From positions 90,441-154,440 of the forward strand of contig JAXLZS010000001.1 of NCBI GenBank assembly GCA_046350775.1: a DNA stretch of 64,000 nucleotides, read 5' to 3'. Position numbers and translations under genes: made by a program. Of this stretch, positions 10,149 to 19,643 are shown piece after piece; position 1 is the first letter of the stretch; every line of letters starts with the position of its first letter. This DNA is from Minisyncoccota bacterium. Lineage in GTDB: Bacteria > Patescibacteriota > Minisyncoccia > Phycocordibacterales > UBA5272. The notes under the pieces were generated by a model. That model worked only from the letters and a program-made list of their open reading frames with translations, was not told the origin of the DNA and searched no databases.

Positions 10149-10781
10149 ATGGACTTTATAGGTCATTCAATGTTGGTTTCAAGTGGATTAGGATCTTTTT
10201 GGAGCTATTTGATAATACTTTTTTTAGCTTTCTTGGATACAGTATTTGTGATCGGTACTATTTTCCCTGGTAGCCTCATGGTCATGGGTATTGGATTTTT
10301 AGCGGCCTTTTCGGTTTTAAATGTTTGGGTTTGTCTTTTCTTTGTGGTGCTTGGCGGACTATGCGGTGACGCATTGACTTATTTTTTTGGAACTCATGGC
10401 ACAAATTGGTTTAAAAATGAAAGTAAATTATTAAAGTTTACTTATCTTAAAAAAGGTCAAGATTTTTTTGAAAAGCATGGAGACAAAAGTATTGTCCTTG
10501 GCAGATTTATGGGAGTTATAAAAGCCGTCGTACCTTTTGTGGCAGGACTTGTGCGTATGGATTTTAAGAAGTTTATTTATTTAAATCTTATTTCAGGGTT
10601 TATCTGGGCTGTACTTTATTTGGGTCTCGGATTCTTTTTGGGAGTGTCTATGGATAGATTTGTCGTGCCAAAAGATTTAAAAATCTTGATAGTTGCTTTA
10701 CCTTTTGTCATCTTTTTTGTTTGGATTATATTTGAATCTAGGACAAAATTATTTAAAGCAGTCAAAAGATTTTTCCGTTAA
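10149..10781 (+). CDS. DedA / SNARE-associated (VTT-domain) membrane protein.
   Basis: Multi-TM protein with the motif IVLGRFMGVIKAVVPFVAGLVRMDFKKF. Confidence 0.7.
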   Translation: MDFIGHSMLVSSGLGSFWSYLIILFLAFLDTVFVIGTIFPGSLMVMGIGFLAAFSVLNVWVCLFFVVLGGLCGDALTYFFGTHGTNWFKNESKLLKFTYLKKGQDFFEKHGDKSIVLGRFMGVIKAVVPFVAGLVRMDFKKFIYLNLISGFIWAVLYLGLGFFLGVSMDRFVVPKDLKILIVALPFVIFFVWIIFESRTKLFKAVKRFFR

Positions 10782-10789
10782 TTTTATAA

Positions 10790-11716
10790 TTAATCTTTTA
10801 CTATCACTGTCGTACCAATATCTGCCCAATTGTATATTATTTCGGCTTCTTGTGGATTTAAATTTACACAGCCATGAGACCATTGTGTCCCAAAGCTATT
10901 GTGCCAATAGGCTCCATGTATAGCTGCTCCTTGATCTGTAAAATACATAGTCCAAGGTACTCCTGGCAGATCATAGTATTGATCAGATATACCAGGTAGA
11001 GGCCCTTGCATATATCTGCTCGGTGTCTTTTCAAATATATGAAAAGTTCCTCTTGGAGTTGGTAGATCGCTCAGTCCAGATGAGATATATGTCTCCATAA
11101 AGATATTGTCTCCATCATAAGCGTAGAGTTTTTGTTCACTTAGTTTTACTATTATTTTTTTATTAGTTGAGATTTTTGAGGCTTTGCCACTTGTTATTTT
11201 TTCTTTATAGCTTTGTATTGGTTCTAGATATTCTGATGAAATATACCAATCTTTGGCTGTTCTCTCTGGATATCTGACCCACTCTGAAAATATTATATGA
11301 TACCAATCTATCCCGTCAGAATGTATCACTTCTCCATTTGTTTCCAGTATCATGTTGTCTCTCAGATTGGCTATGGTAGGACATGAGAGACCAGGGCAAG
11401 ATCGAGCTCGCACACAAGATCCACCAAAATGTACATCGCAACTATTTATTATTTTTACGTATTCATGATTTGTAGTTTCTATTTTTACTCCATTATTTTT
11501 TGTTGTGATATCAGGGGTGGAAGATGAGACAGGATTATATGTAGTTGTAGGATTATCTATATTTAAATATTTAAAATCAGAATAGACTTCTTGATTTTTT
11601 ATTTCTTCTTTTAGTATTTTTTCTTTACTGATAGATTGAAAATATCCTGCTAAGATTAAAAGTAAAACTAGCAAAAGTGTTATGTTTATAAAAGTATAGC
11701 TGGATATTTTTCTCAT
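10790..11716 (-). CDS. L,D-transpeptidase (YkuD domain) with an N-terminal membrane anchor.
   Basis: Catalytic motif HGAYWHNSFGTQWSHGCVNL with conserved His and Cys. Confidence 0.85.
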   Translation of the reverse strand: MRKISSYTFINITLLLVLLLILAGYFQSISKEKILKEEIKNQEVYSDFKYLNIDNPTTTYNPVSSSTPDITTKNNGVKIETTNHEYVKIINSCDVHFGGSCVRARSCPGLSCPTIANLRDNMILETNGEVIHSDGIDWYHIIFSEWVRYPERTAKDWYISSEYLEPIQSYKEKITSGKASKISTNKKIIVKLSEQKLYAYDGDNIFMETYISSGLSDLPTPRGTFHIFEKTPSRYMQGPLPGISDQYYDLPGVPWTMYFTDQGAAIHGAYWHNSFGTQWSHGCVNLNPQEAEIIYNWADIGTTVIVKD

Positions 11717-11763
11717 GCTATTATTTTAGCATTTTTATTTAGCAAAAAAATATTTGTTAAATA

Positions 11764-12423
11764 TTAGTTAAATTCTAGATATTCTCCTTCTGATATCACT
11801 TCTACTTTATCGTCAACTATCTTTAGTGAAGAATTGTCATCGAGTGCATAGACTTTCTTTTGAAGAAAATCAGCTATCTTTTTTATATTTTCTTCTCTTG
11901 TTTTTAAAAAGTGAGGAGAATTAAGATGTGGTATAGAATATAGATCTACTAGATTTAATGCTTCCATATTACTAAATTCATTTTTTGAATCTAGATCATT
12001 AACAATTTTAGATATACTTTGTCCGATTTTTGGATTAGTTATTAGACTTCCAGCAGAGACGCCGACATAGACTTTGGTTTTTAGAAATTCTGGTAGAAGG
12101 GAGGCGAGGCCGGATTTATTTACCCACTCCATCAGATGATAAGTATTTCCTCCTTCAAAAAATATCACATCAGCCTCCTCGATTTGTGGTCGCCAAATAT
12201 TTTCTGGTACAGCAGAGATATCAGCGATACTGATTGATTTTAGTCCGAGCTTGTATAAATTATTCAGATCTTCAATTAACCAATCTTTGTCTCCCATTTC
12301 TACATTGCTAGCAGTTGGGATGAAGACGAGGGAAGTATCTTCTGGATTTTTTCCGACTAATTCAAAAAGAGCTTTTGCGATTGATGGGTTTGATATTCCG
12401 CTTGATGTTAAAAGTAATTTCAT
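11764..12423 (-). CDS. Peptidase S51 family (dipeptidase E-like).
   Basis: MKLLLTSSG...FFEGGNTYHLM...VYVGVSAGSLI resembles PepE/cyanophycinase. Confidence 0.6.
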   Translation of the reverse strand: MKLLLTSSGISNPSIAKALFELVGKNPEDTSLVFIPTASNVEMGDKDWLIEDLNNLYKLGLKSISIADISAVPENIWRPQIEEADVIFFEGGNTYHLMEWVNKSGLASLLPEFLKTKVYVGVSAGSLITNPKIGQSISKIVNDLDSKNEFSNMEALNLVDLYSIPHLNSPHFLKTREENIKKIADFLQKKVYALDDNSSLKIVDDKVEVISEGEYLEFN

Positions 12424-12428
12424 AATTT

Positions 12429-13019
12429 TTATAAAAATTTATTTGGAAAATTTCCAGCCTGCTCATTTACAAACCTATTTCTATCCTCAAAAGCTTTTTT
12501 GATTTCTGGCAATACTATCTTTCTTTCCCAATCTTTTTTTAATTTATTTCTATTGTCCTGCATTAGCTCCTCAATACTTTTATTATTAAATTCTTTATAA
12601 TAAATATTCCAAAAAGGACCAACCAGATGTGCTGCAGCATCAGCAGAAGAGACTATTTTGACTTCGATAGGAGCTTGATTTAGATCTATTTCCATTTTCT
12701 TTTCAAAAATGTCTAAATATTCTAAAATAGTATTAATAAAATCAATTTCAAACCCTAATTCTAAAAGTTTTTCTTTTGTTTTTTCAAACATAGAGACATC
12801 GTGTTCCTTTTCTCTGCTTATGATTTTTGCATAATCGTGTGACCAGACTAATGTAAGAACAATGTTCTTATCAGCGTCTTTATAGATTTCGCACAATTCT
12901 AAAGATATCCTTTCTACAAGATCGAGATGATATTTTACATACCATTCATGATGTAAAAAATCTGGATTTTTGCAAGATTCTATAATCTGATTTTTAAATT
13001 CTTGTATAAGTTTTTCCAT
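12429..13019 (-). CDS. HD-domain phosphohydrolase-like protein.
   Basis: H..H...HLD and SHDY motifs; assignment is weak. Confidence 0.4.
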   Translation of the reverse strand: MEKLIQEFKNQIIESCKNPDFLHHEWYVKYHLDLVERISLELCEIYKDADKNIVLTLVWSHDYAKIISREKEHDVSMFEKTKEKLLELGFEIDFINTILEYLDIFEKKMEIDLNQAPIEVKIVSSADAAAHLVGPFWNIYYKEFNNKSIEELMQDNRNKLKKDWERKIVLPEIKKAFEDRNRFVNEQAGNFPNKFL

Positions 13020-13028
13020 ATTTTTAGA

Positions 13029-13535
13029 TTATATCATTTTTAAGATTTTCTTATTTATTAAAGGCAAAAAATGATCTTTATATTTTTCTTGTAATTCTTT
13101 TAGTTGCCAATCTTTACCGGTCACAATATGTCGACAATTAGGGGATCCGCATTTACATTCCCATTTTGAAATTTTATTTTCATCATTTTCCCACATTGCA
13201 TAATCCGCTGTGATTTCTTCTCCTTTTTCAATATCTATCATCGCTTCGAGTGTGAAAGCATTTCTCATCCAAACATTTGGCTCGCAAGAATGGTTTATAA
13301 AATAGGTATTACTCTCGCCACGATCTTCAATAGAAAATAAATTCTCATCAAATTGCATTACGAGTTTTCCTTCGCTCTTTGCTTTCTCAGCTTCTTCTTT
13401 TCCAAAATAATTTCCTCCCCAGATTATTACAGTTTCTCCTTTTGGTATTTGCTCAGTTGCAAACATACCTTTTCCACGATCAAGAGTTTCTTTTATTTCA
13501 ATTTTTGGATTTATATAATCTTCTTTTGGCGGCAT
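13029..13535 (-). CDS. SET-domain protein lysine methyltransferase.
   Basis: NHSCEPN motif, Y in DY, and a post-SET CKCGSPNCRH cluster. Confidence 0.8.
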   Translation of the reverse strand: MPPKEDYINPKIEIKETLDRGKGMFATEQIPKGETVIIWGGNYFGKEEAEKAKSEGKLVMQFDENLFSIEDRGESNTYFINHSCEPNVWMRNAFTLEAMIDIEKGEEITADYAMWENDENKISKWECKCGSPNCRHIVTGKDWQLKELQEKYKDHFLPLINKKILKMI

Positions 13536-13558
13536 AATTATTTAATTATATAGATTAA

Positions 13559-14149
13559 TTATTTTATATCATTAATCAATTCTGGGAATTTTTCTTGTGT
13601 AAAATGTCCTCTGTCTTCAAAAATTCTCAATGTCGCATTAGGTAAATCTCGTTTATATTTTTCTACATCAAAAAAAGCTACAGCAGTATCGTCTTTGCTT
13701 TGATATAAGAATATCTTATCAGTATAATCACTTAATTTTTCAACAGTATTTTCTAAAGCGAAATCAGCAAGTGATTCTTTTATTACTTCAGTATCATATG
13801 GCGCAGCAACCAAATGTAAGGATTTTATTTTTTTAGGAAAAGTATTTTCTGATAAATATTTAGCTAAAAATATTCCACCAAGAGAATGTCCTACTAAAAC
13901 CACTTCTTCTGTTAATAGGGGAAATAGTTTTTCAAACCATAATTTCCATTCCGAGTAGCGTGCATTTTTAGCGTTTGGCATTTTAGGATAAATCACTTCG
14001 TATTCTGGTAATTCTGAAGCTAAAAAATCTTTCCAATCTTTTCTGTTTATTTTTTCAAGTGATAATTCACAAGATTCTAAATAAGACCAGTATTCTTCAT
14101 AATTATCAAAAGTTGATCCTCCGTGAATTAATATTAATGATGTTTTCAT
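13559..14149 (-). CDS. Alpha/beta-hydrolase, serine hydrolase (RBBP9/YdeN-like).
   Basis: ILIHGG...VLVGHSLGG nucleophile elbow. Confidence 0.6.
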   Translation of the reverse strand: MKTSLILIHGGSTFDNYEEYWSYLESCELSLEKINRKDWKDFLASELPEYEVIYPKMPNAKNARYSEWKLWFEKLFPLLTEEVVLVGHSLGGIFLAKYLSENTFPKKIKSLHLVAAPYDTEVIKESLADFALENTVEKLSDYTDKIFLYQSKDDTAVAFFDVEKYKRDLPNATLRIFEDRGHFTQEKFPELINDIK

Positions 14150-14162
14150 ATTTTAGATTATA

Positions 14163-14666
14163 TCATTTTTGTAAAAACCTAATATTGCCATTTTCTCCCA
14201 AAAAATCACTTTTGTCTTTACTGTATTCAGAATAAGGTTTACCTTGGTATTTCATTTTTAATTTATTATATTCTTCCAAAAGATTTTTATTTGATCTTAA
14301 TTCGTCTCTCACTTTATAACAATCATCGTATATGGAATCTTTAGTGGTGACTACGAGATCTATTGGTATATTATTTTTTGTGGTTTTAAAAATAGCAAAT
14401 CCTTCTTTCCAGAATTCTTTTCTTTTTTCTTTGAAATGAGATTTTAATATTTTAATTGCTTCCTCAAAATCTTTTTCTTCGACCCTTATTTGAAAATCCA
14501 AATCTAATTTTCCAACGGCTCCAGGTACAGAAGAACTACCAACATGTTCCACGTCAGAAAAAGGAAGTAATTCTTTAAATAAATTATCCAACTTGGTAGA
14601 AGTCTCTTTTGTAGATTTGATTAGTTCTTCAAAAGATAAAAAATAAACTGGTTGATCGTCCTTCAT
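14163..14666 (-). CDS. GrpB-family minimal nucleotidyltransferase.
   Basis: VEHVGSSSVPGAVGKLDLD resembles the GrpB/UPF0157 motif hIGSTsVPG...D.D. Confidence 0.5.
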   Translation of the reverse strand: MKDDQPVYFLSFEELIKSTKETSTKLDNLFKELLPFSDVEHVGSSSVPGAVGKLDLDFQIRVEEKDFEEAIKILKSHFKEKRKEFWKEGFAIFKTTKNNIPIDLVVTTKDSIYDDCYKVRDELRSNKNLLEEYNKLKMKYQGKPYSEYSKDKSDFLGENGNIRFLQK

Positions 14667-14768
14667 ATTTTTGCTGTGATCTTCGAGACCGAACAGTAAT
14701 CGTTCAAGCTCTGTAAGGCTATTTTATTTATTTCATTTTACCATAAATGAAGCACTTTGAGCATTTAA

Positions 14769-15488
14769 TTATTTTATATATTTTTTTAATTCTACAGGCA
14801 AGGACTTTTTGGTCTCATTTTTTATCCAGGCACTTACTGCTTTCTTTACTTTGTTCTCTTTTACCAATTTTAAATATTTTTTCGCTGGTAATTTCCCAAC
14901 ATATTTTTTTCCAACGAATTCATATTCTTGAATTTTATCCCATTCAAATGGTTTTTTTATTTTTATTCTCTCTATAGGTCTTACAGGAAAGAAAGAAATC
15001 CATTCTTTGTATTTATTCCACTTACCCAGTTGGAGTATTTCATATGTCATCTCAAAAAAATCAAATCCTTCAAGCACATAAATATATCCATAATGCTTAC
15101 TGCCCAGATGCAATGTCCTGCCTTTATAAATCAGATTGTGATATATACGGCCTGATATATTTTTACGGACTTTTAAATAATCTTTGGAGTAAACTTTGCA
15201 AAAATCATCTGTTGGCTTTGCTCTAGCAAAAACAACAGGACTTCCAAATTCATACCCTCCTTCACCATAAGTATTTTTATTTTTTTGAGGATCAAGAATA
15301 GAAAATCTTTTTGGAGATGCATGAAATAAATATTTCTGCTTTGCTGGTTTTAAAGACAAAATACGAATATCTGTGTCAATTGGAACTATATTTTTCTCGG
15401 TAGTGTCTTTATTTTTACCCCAAATAACTTTATACCCATCTTTTGTTTTTAAAACAAATTCTAGTGATTTATATTTTCCCATACTCAT
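14769..15488 (-). CDS. Hypothetical protein.
   Basis: Long ORF, co-directional with the upstream run; no recognisable domain. Confidence 0.4.
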   Translation of the reverse strand: MSMGKYKSLEFVLKTKDGYKVIWGKNKDTTEKNIVPIDTDIRILSLKPAKQKYLFHASPKRFSILDPQKNKNTYGEGGYEFGSPVVFARAKPTDDFCKVYSKDYLKVRKNISGRIYHNLIYKGRTLHLGSKHYGYIYVLEGFDFFEMTYEILQLGKWNKYKEWISFFPVRPIERIKIKKPFEWDKIQEYEFVGKKYVGKLPAKKYLKLVKENKVKKAVSAWIKNETKKSLPVELKKYIK

Positions 15489-15576
15489 ATAATTATATCA
15501 CACGTTCAGTGCATTTCGCTCTATGCAGAACTCACGAAATATAGCCCTGACGCATCTTGAGCGACGCTCTTGTTTG

Positions 15577-15647
15577 CTGCCAGAACTGGAATCGAACCAA
15601 TATTCACAGCTTCAAAGGCTGCTGTCCTACCATTAGACGATCTGGCA
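15577..15647 (-). tRNA. tRNA-Gln (TTG).
   Basis: Cloverleaf with a 7-bp acceptor stem TGCCAGA/TCTGGCA, anticodon loop CTTTGAA and T-loop TTCGATT. Confidence 0.85.
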
Positions 15648-15714
15648 ATATTTTTGTCTAAATAGTATATCAGAAAAACCTTAAAAAATAAAGAGACATT
15701 TTATCTTATTTTGA

Positions 15715-16455
15715 TTAGATATTTCCTTTAATCCAATTTTTTCTTTCCGCTTCCTCCATTTTTTCTATCGCATATCTCAGTGTGGTTCTTGGGATTTTAT
15801 GATAATTCTTTTTTAAAAATTTTCTGATTATTTCTTGATCGACTCTTTTGTAGACTTCTCTCAGCATCCAGCCATTGGCTTTATGTATGAGATCATGCTC
15901 GTGATGCAATAGTTTGTCTACCATTTCTAGTGTATCTTTAAAATTCTTTTCTTTCATTATAAAGTAGAGCGTCGCTATGATGGAGACTCTATTTTCCCAG
16001 AGATTTTTACTATCTGATAATTTTTGCAGTATTTCTTTTCTTTCTTTTTTATTTTTTGTATCCGAGAGATAGGCGCCGACTATCTTTGGAGCAGATGTGT
16101 CCACCAGATCCCAATTGTTGATATATTTTTTGATATTTTTTAGATAAATCTCAAAAATCTCTCTTCTTATTTTTTCATCTTTGGCTTTTTCAAATTTGTT
16201 GACCATTATGAGTAGGGCGAGGAGTCTCTCATCATGAAATTCTGATTTTAAAAGTTTTTCCGTATCTTTTAAATTTATATCTCCATATACTCTGACCAAT
16301 TTTCTAGTTTGGGGGACGGTGAGACCGAGAAATTTATCTCCTTCCCCATATTCTCCTTTTCCAGTTTTAAAAAATCTGAGTGCTAACTCAGCTCGCTGCA
16401 TACTGGCAATCTTTAAAATATGACCGTGTATTTCTTTTAATTTGTCTTGATTCAT
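15715..16455 (-). CDS. DNA alkylation repair protein (AlkD/AlkC HEAT-like repeat family).
   Basis: Similarity to the AlkD family, e.g. RAELALRFFKTGKGEYGEGDKFLG...W.L.D. Confidence 0.65.
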   Translation of the reverse strand: MNQDKLKEIHGHILKIASMQRAELALRFFKTGKGEYGEGDKFLGLTVPQTRKLVRVYGDINLKDTEKLLKSEFHDERLLALLIMVNKFEKAKDEKIRREIFEIYLKNIKKYINNWDLVDTSAPKIVGAYLSDTKNKKERKEILQKLSDSKNLWENRVSIIATLYFIMKEKNFKDTLEMVDKLLHHEHDLIHKANGWMLREVYKRVDQEIIRKFLKKNYHKIPRTTLRYAIEKMEEAERKNWIKGNI

Positions 16456-16543
16456 AAAATTTAATATTTAAAAGCAAAATTTTGCATAGATATTTTGTAG
16501 TGTTATAATTATAACATTATAAACATTTTCTAAATATATAAAT

Positions 16544-17356
16544 ATGCTAAACACAGTAAAAAATTATTTTAAAAACGATCTTAAAAGTGTGATTTCTCGT
16601 CCAGCTTTTGTTCTCGGTGTCCTATTTTTATTAGGATTTGTAGTACTAGGAGCATATTTCAAATCTGGACTAAACAATATCTCAGTCCTCACCAATGCCC
16701 AAGGCATCACAGTCTCTGGTACAGCTGAAAAATTTGTGACTAGTGACAGAGGTACTATCTATCTAAATATCAAGACTGATTCACTAGATTCTTCTCCTGC
16801 AGTAGCTGTCAAAAAATTATCTGATGCAAGAGATTCTTTAATCAAATATTTAGTCAATTATGGTATTGAAGCAAAAGACATAGATGTGCTTTCTTTCAAC
16901 ACACTAGATCAATGTACACTTCGTGATAAAAATAGCTGGGATACTTGTCTTGGTAAAAAATATTTAGAATTCAATCAGACTATCAATATATCCTCAAATG
17001 ATGTAAATAAGATCAAAGATCTCTCTTTGAATATTAATAGCTATATCAACAACAATATCGCAAATTATTTTGCAGATATGTCTGTGACTGTCCAGAGTAC
17101 ACAATATTTTTATACAAAATTAGCTGATGTAAAGACAGAAATGCTCAATGAGGCTACTAAGAATGCTTTTGAGAGAGCAGAGGCGATAGCCAATTCTACC
17201 AGCAATCATGCTGGAGCTGTCATCACAGCTTCACAGGGAGTATTTCAGATTACAAGTCGTGATAGCATAGACACTAGTGATTATGGTTCATATGATACCA
17301 GTACTATAGATAAAAAGATCACAGCAGTAGTCAGAGTCAGTTTTAAAGTAAAATAA
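16544..17356 (+). CDS. SIMPL/DUF541-like periplasmic protein with an N-terminal TM segment.
   Basis: Architecture and C-terminal AVVRVSFKV resemble YggE/SIMPL. Confidence 0.45.
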   Translation: MLNTVKNYFKNDLKSVISRPAFVLGVLFLLGFVVLGAYFKSGLNNISVLTNAQGITVSGTAEKFVTSDRGTIYLNIKTDSLDSSPAVAVKKLSDARDSLIKYLVNYGIEAKDIDVLSFNTLDQCTLRDKNSWDTCLGKKYLEFNQTINISSNDVNKIKDLSLNINSYINNNIANYFADMSVTVQSTQYFYTKLADVKTEMLNEATKNAFERAEAIANSTSNHAGAVITASQGVFQITSRDSIDTSDYGSYDTSTIDKKITAVVRVSFKVK

Positions 17357-17374
17357 AATAATAAAAATTAAAAT

Positions 17375-19432
17375 ATGAAGCATACAGAAAATACTCAGCT
17401 TTTTCCTGATTGGAAAGCTATCTCAAAATTACAAAAATGGAAAAAGGCAGATTTCGATAATCTTTTAGAAAGATATGTAAATCATAAAAAAGAGGTTTAT
17501 CAAAAAATAAAATCTATCAAAAAAGAAGATAGAAATTTTGAAAATACAATTTTAGCGATCGAAAAAAGTAGTGATGCGTTTGTCAGTCTTTTATATCAGA
17601 TAGGAACATTTTCCAAGACACACAAAGATAAGAATTTTATAGATTTAGCTAACAGCTTTCAAAAGACGTTGTCAGAAAATATGATAAATATCGAGTACGA
17701 TAAAGATATTTATTTATATATAAAAGATTATATAGAAGGCAATTATAAAAAAGAAAAAAAGTATTTAGATAATAAATATGGTACAGGCAGTGTAAAGTTG
17801 GTGGAAGATTCTTTCAAAGAATACAAAAGGATGGGATTTGATTTGATAAAAGTAAAGCAAGATAAATTTAAGAATAATCTTAAGAAACTCTCAAAAATCT
17901 CTATAGATTTCTCACAAAACATTACTGAACATAAAGATTTCATTTTGTGTAATGAAGAAGAAATAAAAGGTCTTCCAGAAAACTTTGTAAACACTTTAGA
18001 AAAAGTAAATGGAAAATATAAAATAACTTTGGATTATCCAAGTATTGGTCCATTTTTACAATATGCATATAGTAGAGAAAAAAGAAAAGAGATTTCTGAT
18101 AAAAACTATAGAAAGGGAGGAGAAAAAAATTTAAAAATACTTACTGAGATGGTAAAAATTCGTGATGAGAACGCAAAACTTTTGGGTTATAAAAATCATG
18201 CAGATTTTAAAACAGAAAATAGAATGGCAAAATCAGAAAAAAATGTGAGAGATTTTGTGGAATCAATGATAAAAAAATTATTACCAAAATATAAAAAAGA
18301 ATTAGATGAATTAAATATTTTTGCAAAGAATAATTTATCGCAATATAAAAACGTAAAAAGTATTGAATATTACGATTTGTCTTATGTAGGCAACAAGTTA
18401 AAGGAATCAAAATACTCATATGACAGCTCTAAATTAAAAGAATATTTTGAACTAGATCACGTATTGAAACAGATGTTTAATATTTTTGGAAATTTGTTTA
18501 ATTTTTCTGTAAGAGAGATAGAAGAAAAAGAAAAAAAGGAAAAAAGTATTGTTTTATCAGATAAAGAAGTTAAACTTTTTGAATTGAAAGATAAAAATAC
18601 AAAACAAATAATGTCATATTTAATTCTGGATCTATTTCCTAGAGATGGTAAATACGGACACGCTTGCTCTTCGGAATTTATAAATAGTGAATACAGAGAT
18701 TCCAAGAGAGTTGTGCCTATAAACGAAATAATTTGTAATTTTCAACAACCAATAAAAAGTACACCTTCATTGTTAAATCTTGGAGAAGTTGAAACATTAT
18801 TTCATGAATTTGGCCACGCACTACATTACATGTTGACTGATTGTGTTTATGGTTCTCAGGCTGGATATAATACTGCTTGGGATTTCGTAGAGACTCCTAG
18901 TCAATTTTTGGAAGAGTTTTTATTCGAAGAAAATAATTTTAAAAAGTTAGCGGTTCACTATAAAACTAAAAAACCTTTAGATGTTTCTACTATTAAAAAA
19001 ATAATTGCTGGAAAAAACTTTTTAATTGGTTATTCATTTTTGAGACAAAACATACAATCTTTATTTGATTTAGATCTACACTCAAATAAAATAAAAAGTA
19101 ATAACTCTTCAAAATATTTTAATGATTTAATTAAAAAATACATTAATTTTAATTTACAAAAAGACTCTATTTTTCCCGCTGGCTTTGGCCATCTAAATGG
19201 ATATGATGCTGGCTACTATTCTTATATGTGGGCGTTGGTCTATGCCCAAGATTTTTATTCTGAATTCAAAAAGGTGATGAATGATAAAAATAAATTGAAA
19301 GAGATAGGCGAAAGATATAGAAAAGAAATACTTGAAGTTGGTGGAAGTAGGGACGAGATGGAATCTGCTAAAAAATTCTTAAAGAGAAATCCAAACAACA
19401 AAGCCTTTTTGCAAGAGCTCGGTATAAAATAA
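17375..19432 (+). CDS. M3-family zinc metallopeptidase (oligopeptidase / dipeptidyl carboxypeptidase-like).
   Basis: TLFHEFGHALHYML is the HExxH motif in M3 context; ~680 aa. Confidence 0.8.
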   Translation: MKHTENTQLFPDWKAISKLQKWKKADFDNLLERYVNHKKEVYQKIKSIKKEDRNFENTILAIEKSSDAFVSLLYQIGTFSKTHKDKNFIDLANSFQKTLSENMINIEYDKDIYLYIKDYIEGNYKKEKKYLDNKYGTGSVKLVEDSFKEYKRMGFDLIKVKQDKFKNNLKKLSKISIDFSQNITEHKDFILCNEEEIKGLPENFVNTLEKVNGKYKITLDYPSIGPFLQYAYSREKRKEISDKNYRKGGEKNLKILTEMVKIRDENAKLLGYKNHADFKTENRMAKSEKNVRDFVESMIKKLLPKYKKELDELNIFAKNNLSQYKNVKSIEYYDLSYVGNKLKESKYSYDSSKLKEYFELDHVLKQMFNIFGNLFNFSVREIEEKEKKEKSIVLSDKEVKLFELKDKNTKQIMSYLILDLFPRDGKYGHACSSEFINSEYRDSKRVVPINEIICNFQQPIKSTPSLLNLGEVETLFHEFGHALHYMLTDCVYGSQAGYNTAWDFVETPSQFLEEFLFEENNFKKLAVHYKTKKPLDVSTIKKIIAGKNFLIGYSFLRQNIQSLFDLDLHSNKIKSNNSSKYFNDLIKKYINFNLQKDSIFPAGFGHLNGYDAGYYSYMWALVYAQDFYSEFKKVMNDKNKLKEIGERYRKEILEVGGSRDEMESAKKFLKRNPNNKAFLQELGIK

Positions 19433-19436
19433 AATT

Positions 19437-19478
19437 TTAAAACTCCTTTTAATTAAAAGTTAAAAGGAGTTTTAATTT
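19437..19478 (+). terminator. Intrinsic terminator.
   Basis: Stem aaaactcctttt/aaaaggagtttt followed by a T-run. Confidence 0.7.
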
Positions 19479-19643
19479 TGCTTTAATTTAGATTTTGTGG
19501 TATTATTTTAATATCTTAAAAGCAGGCGATGCTTTTATTTTTATCACCAAATAATCCAAAAAATTAAAAATTATTTTTTCAAATTGAGCCCCGCTTCGCG
19601 AAAAATTTTCAAAAATAATTTTTAATTAAATATTAATAAAATT

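Noticed and set aside
19585-19600. GC island gccccgcttcgcg upstream of typA, as a possible riboswitch or small RNA.
   Set aside because: It is too short, with no convincing structure or terminator. It may be a protein-binding site, but it cannot be supported from sequence alone.
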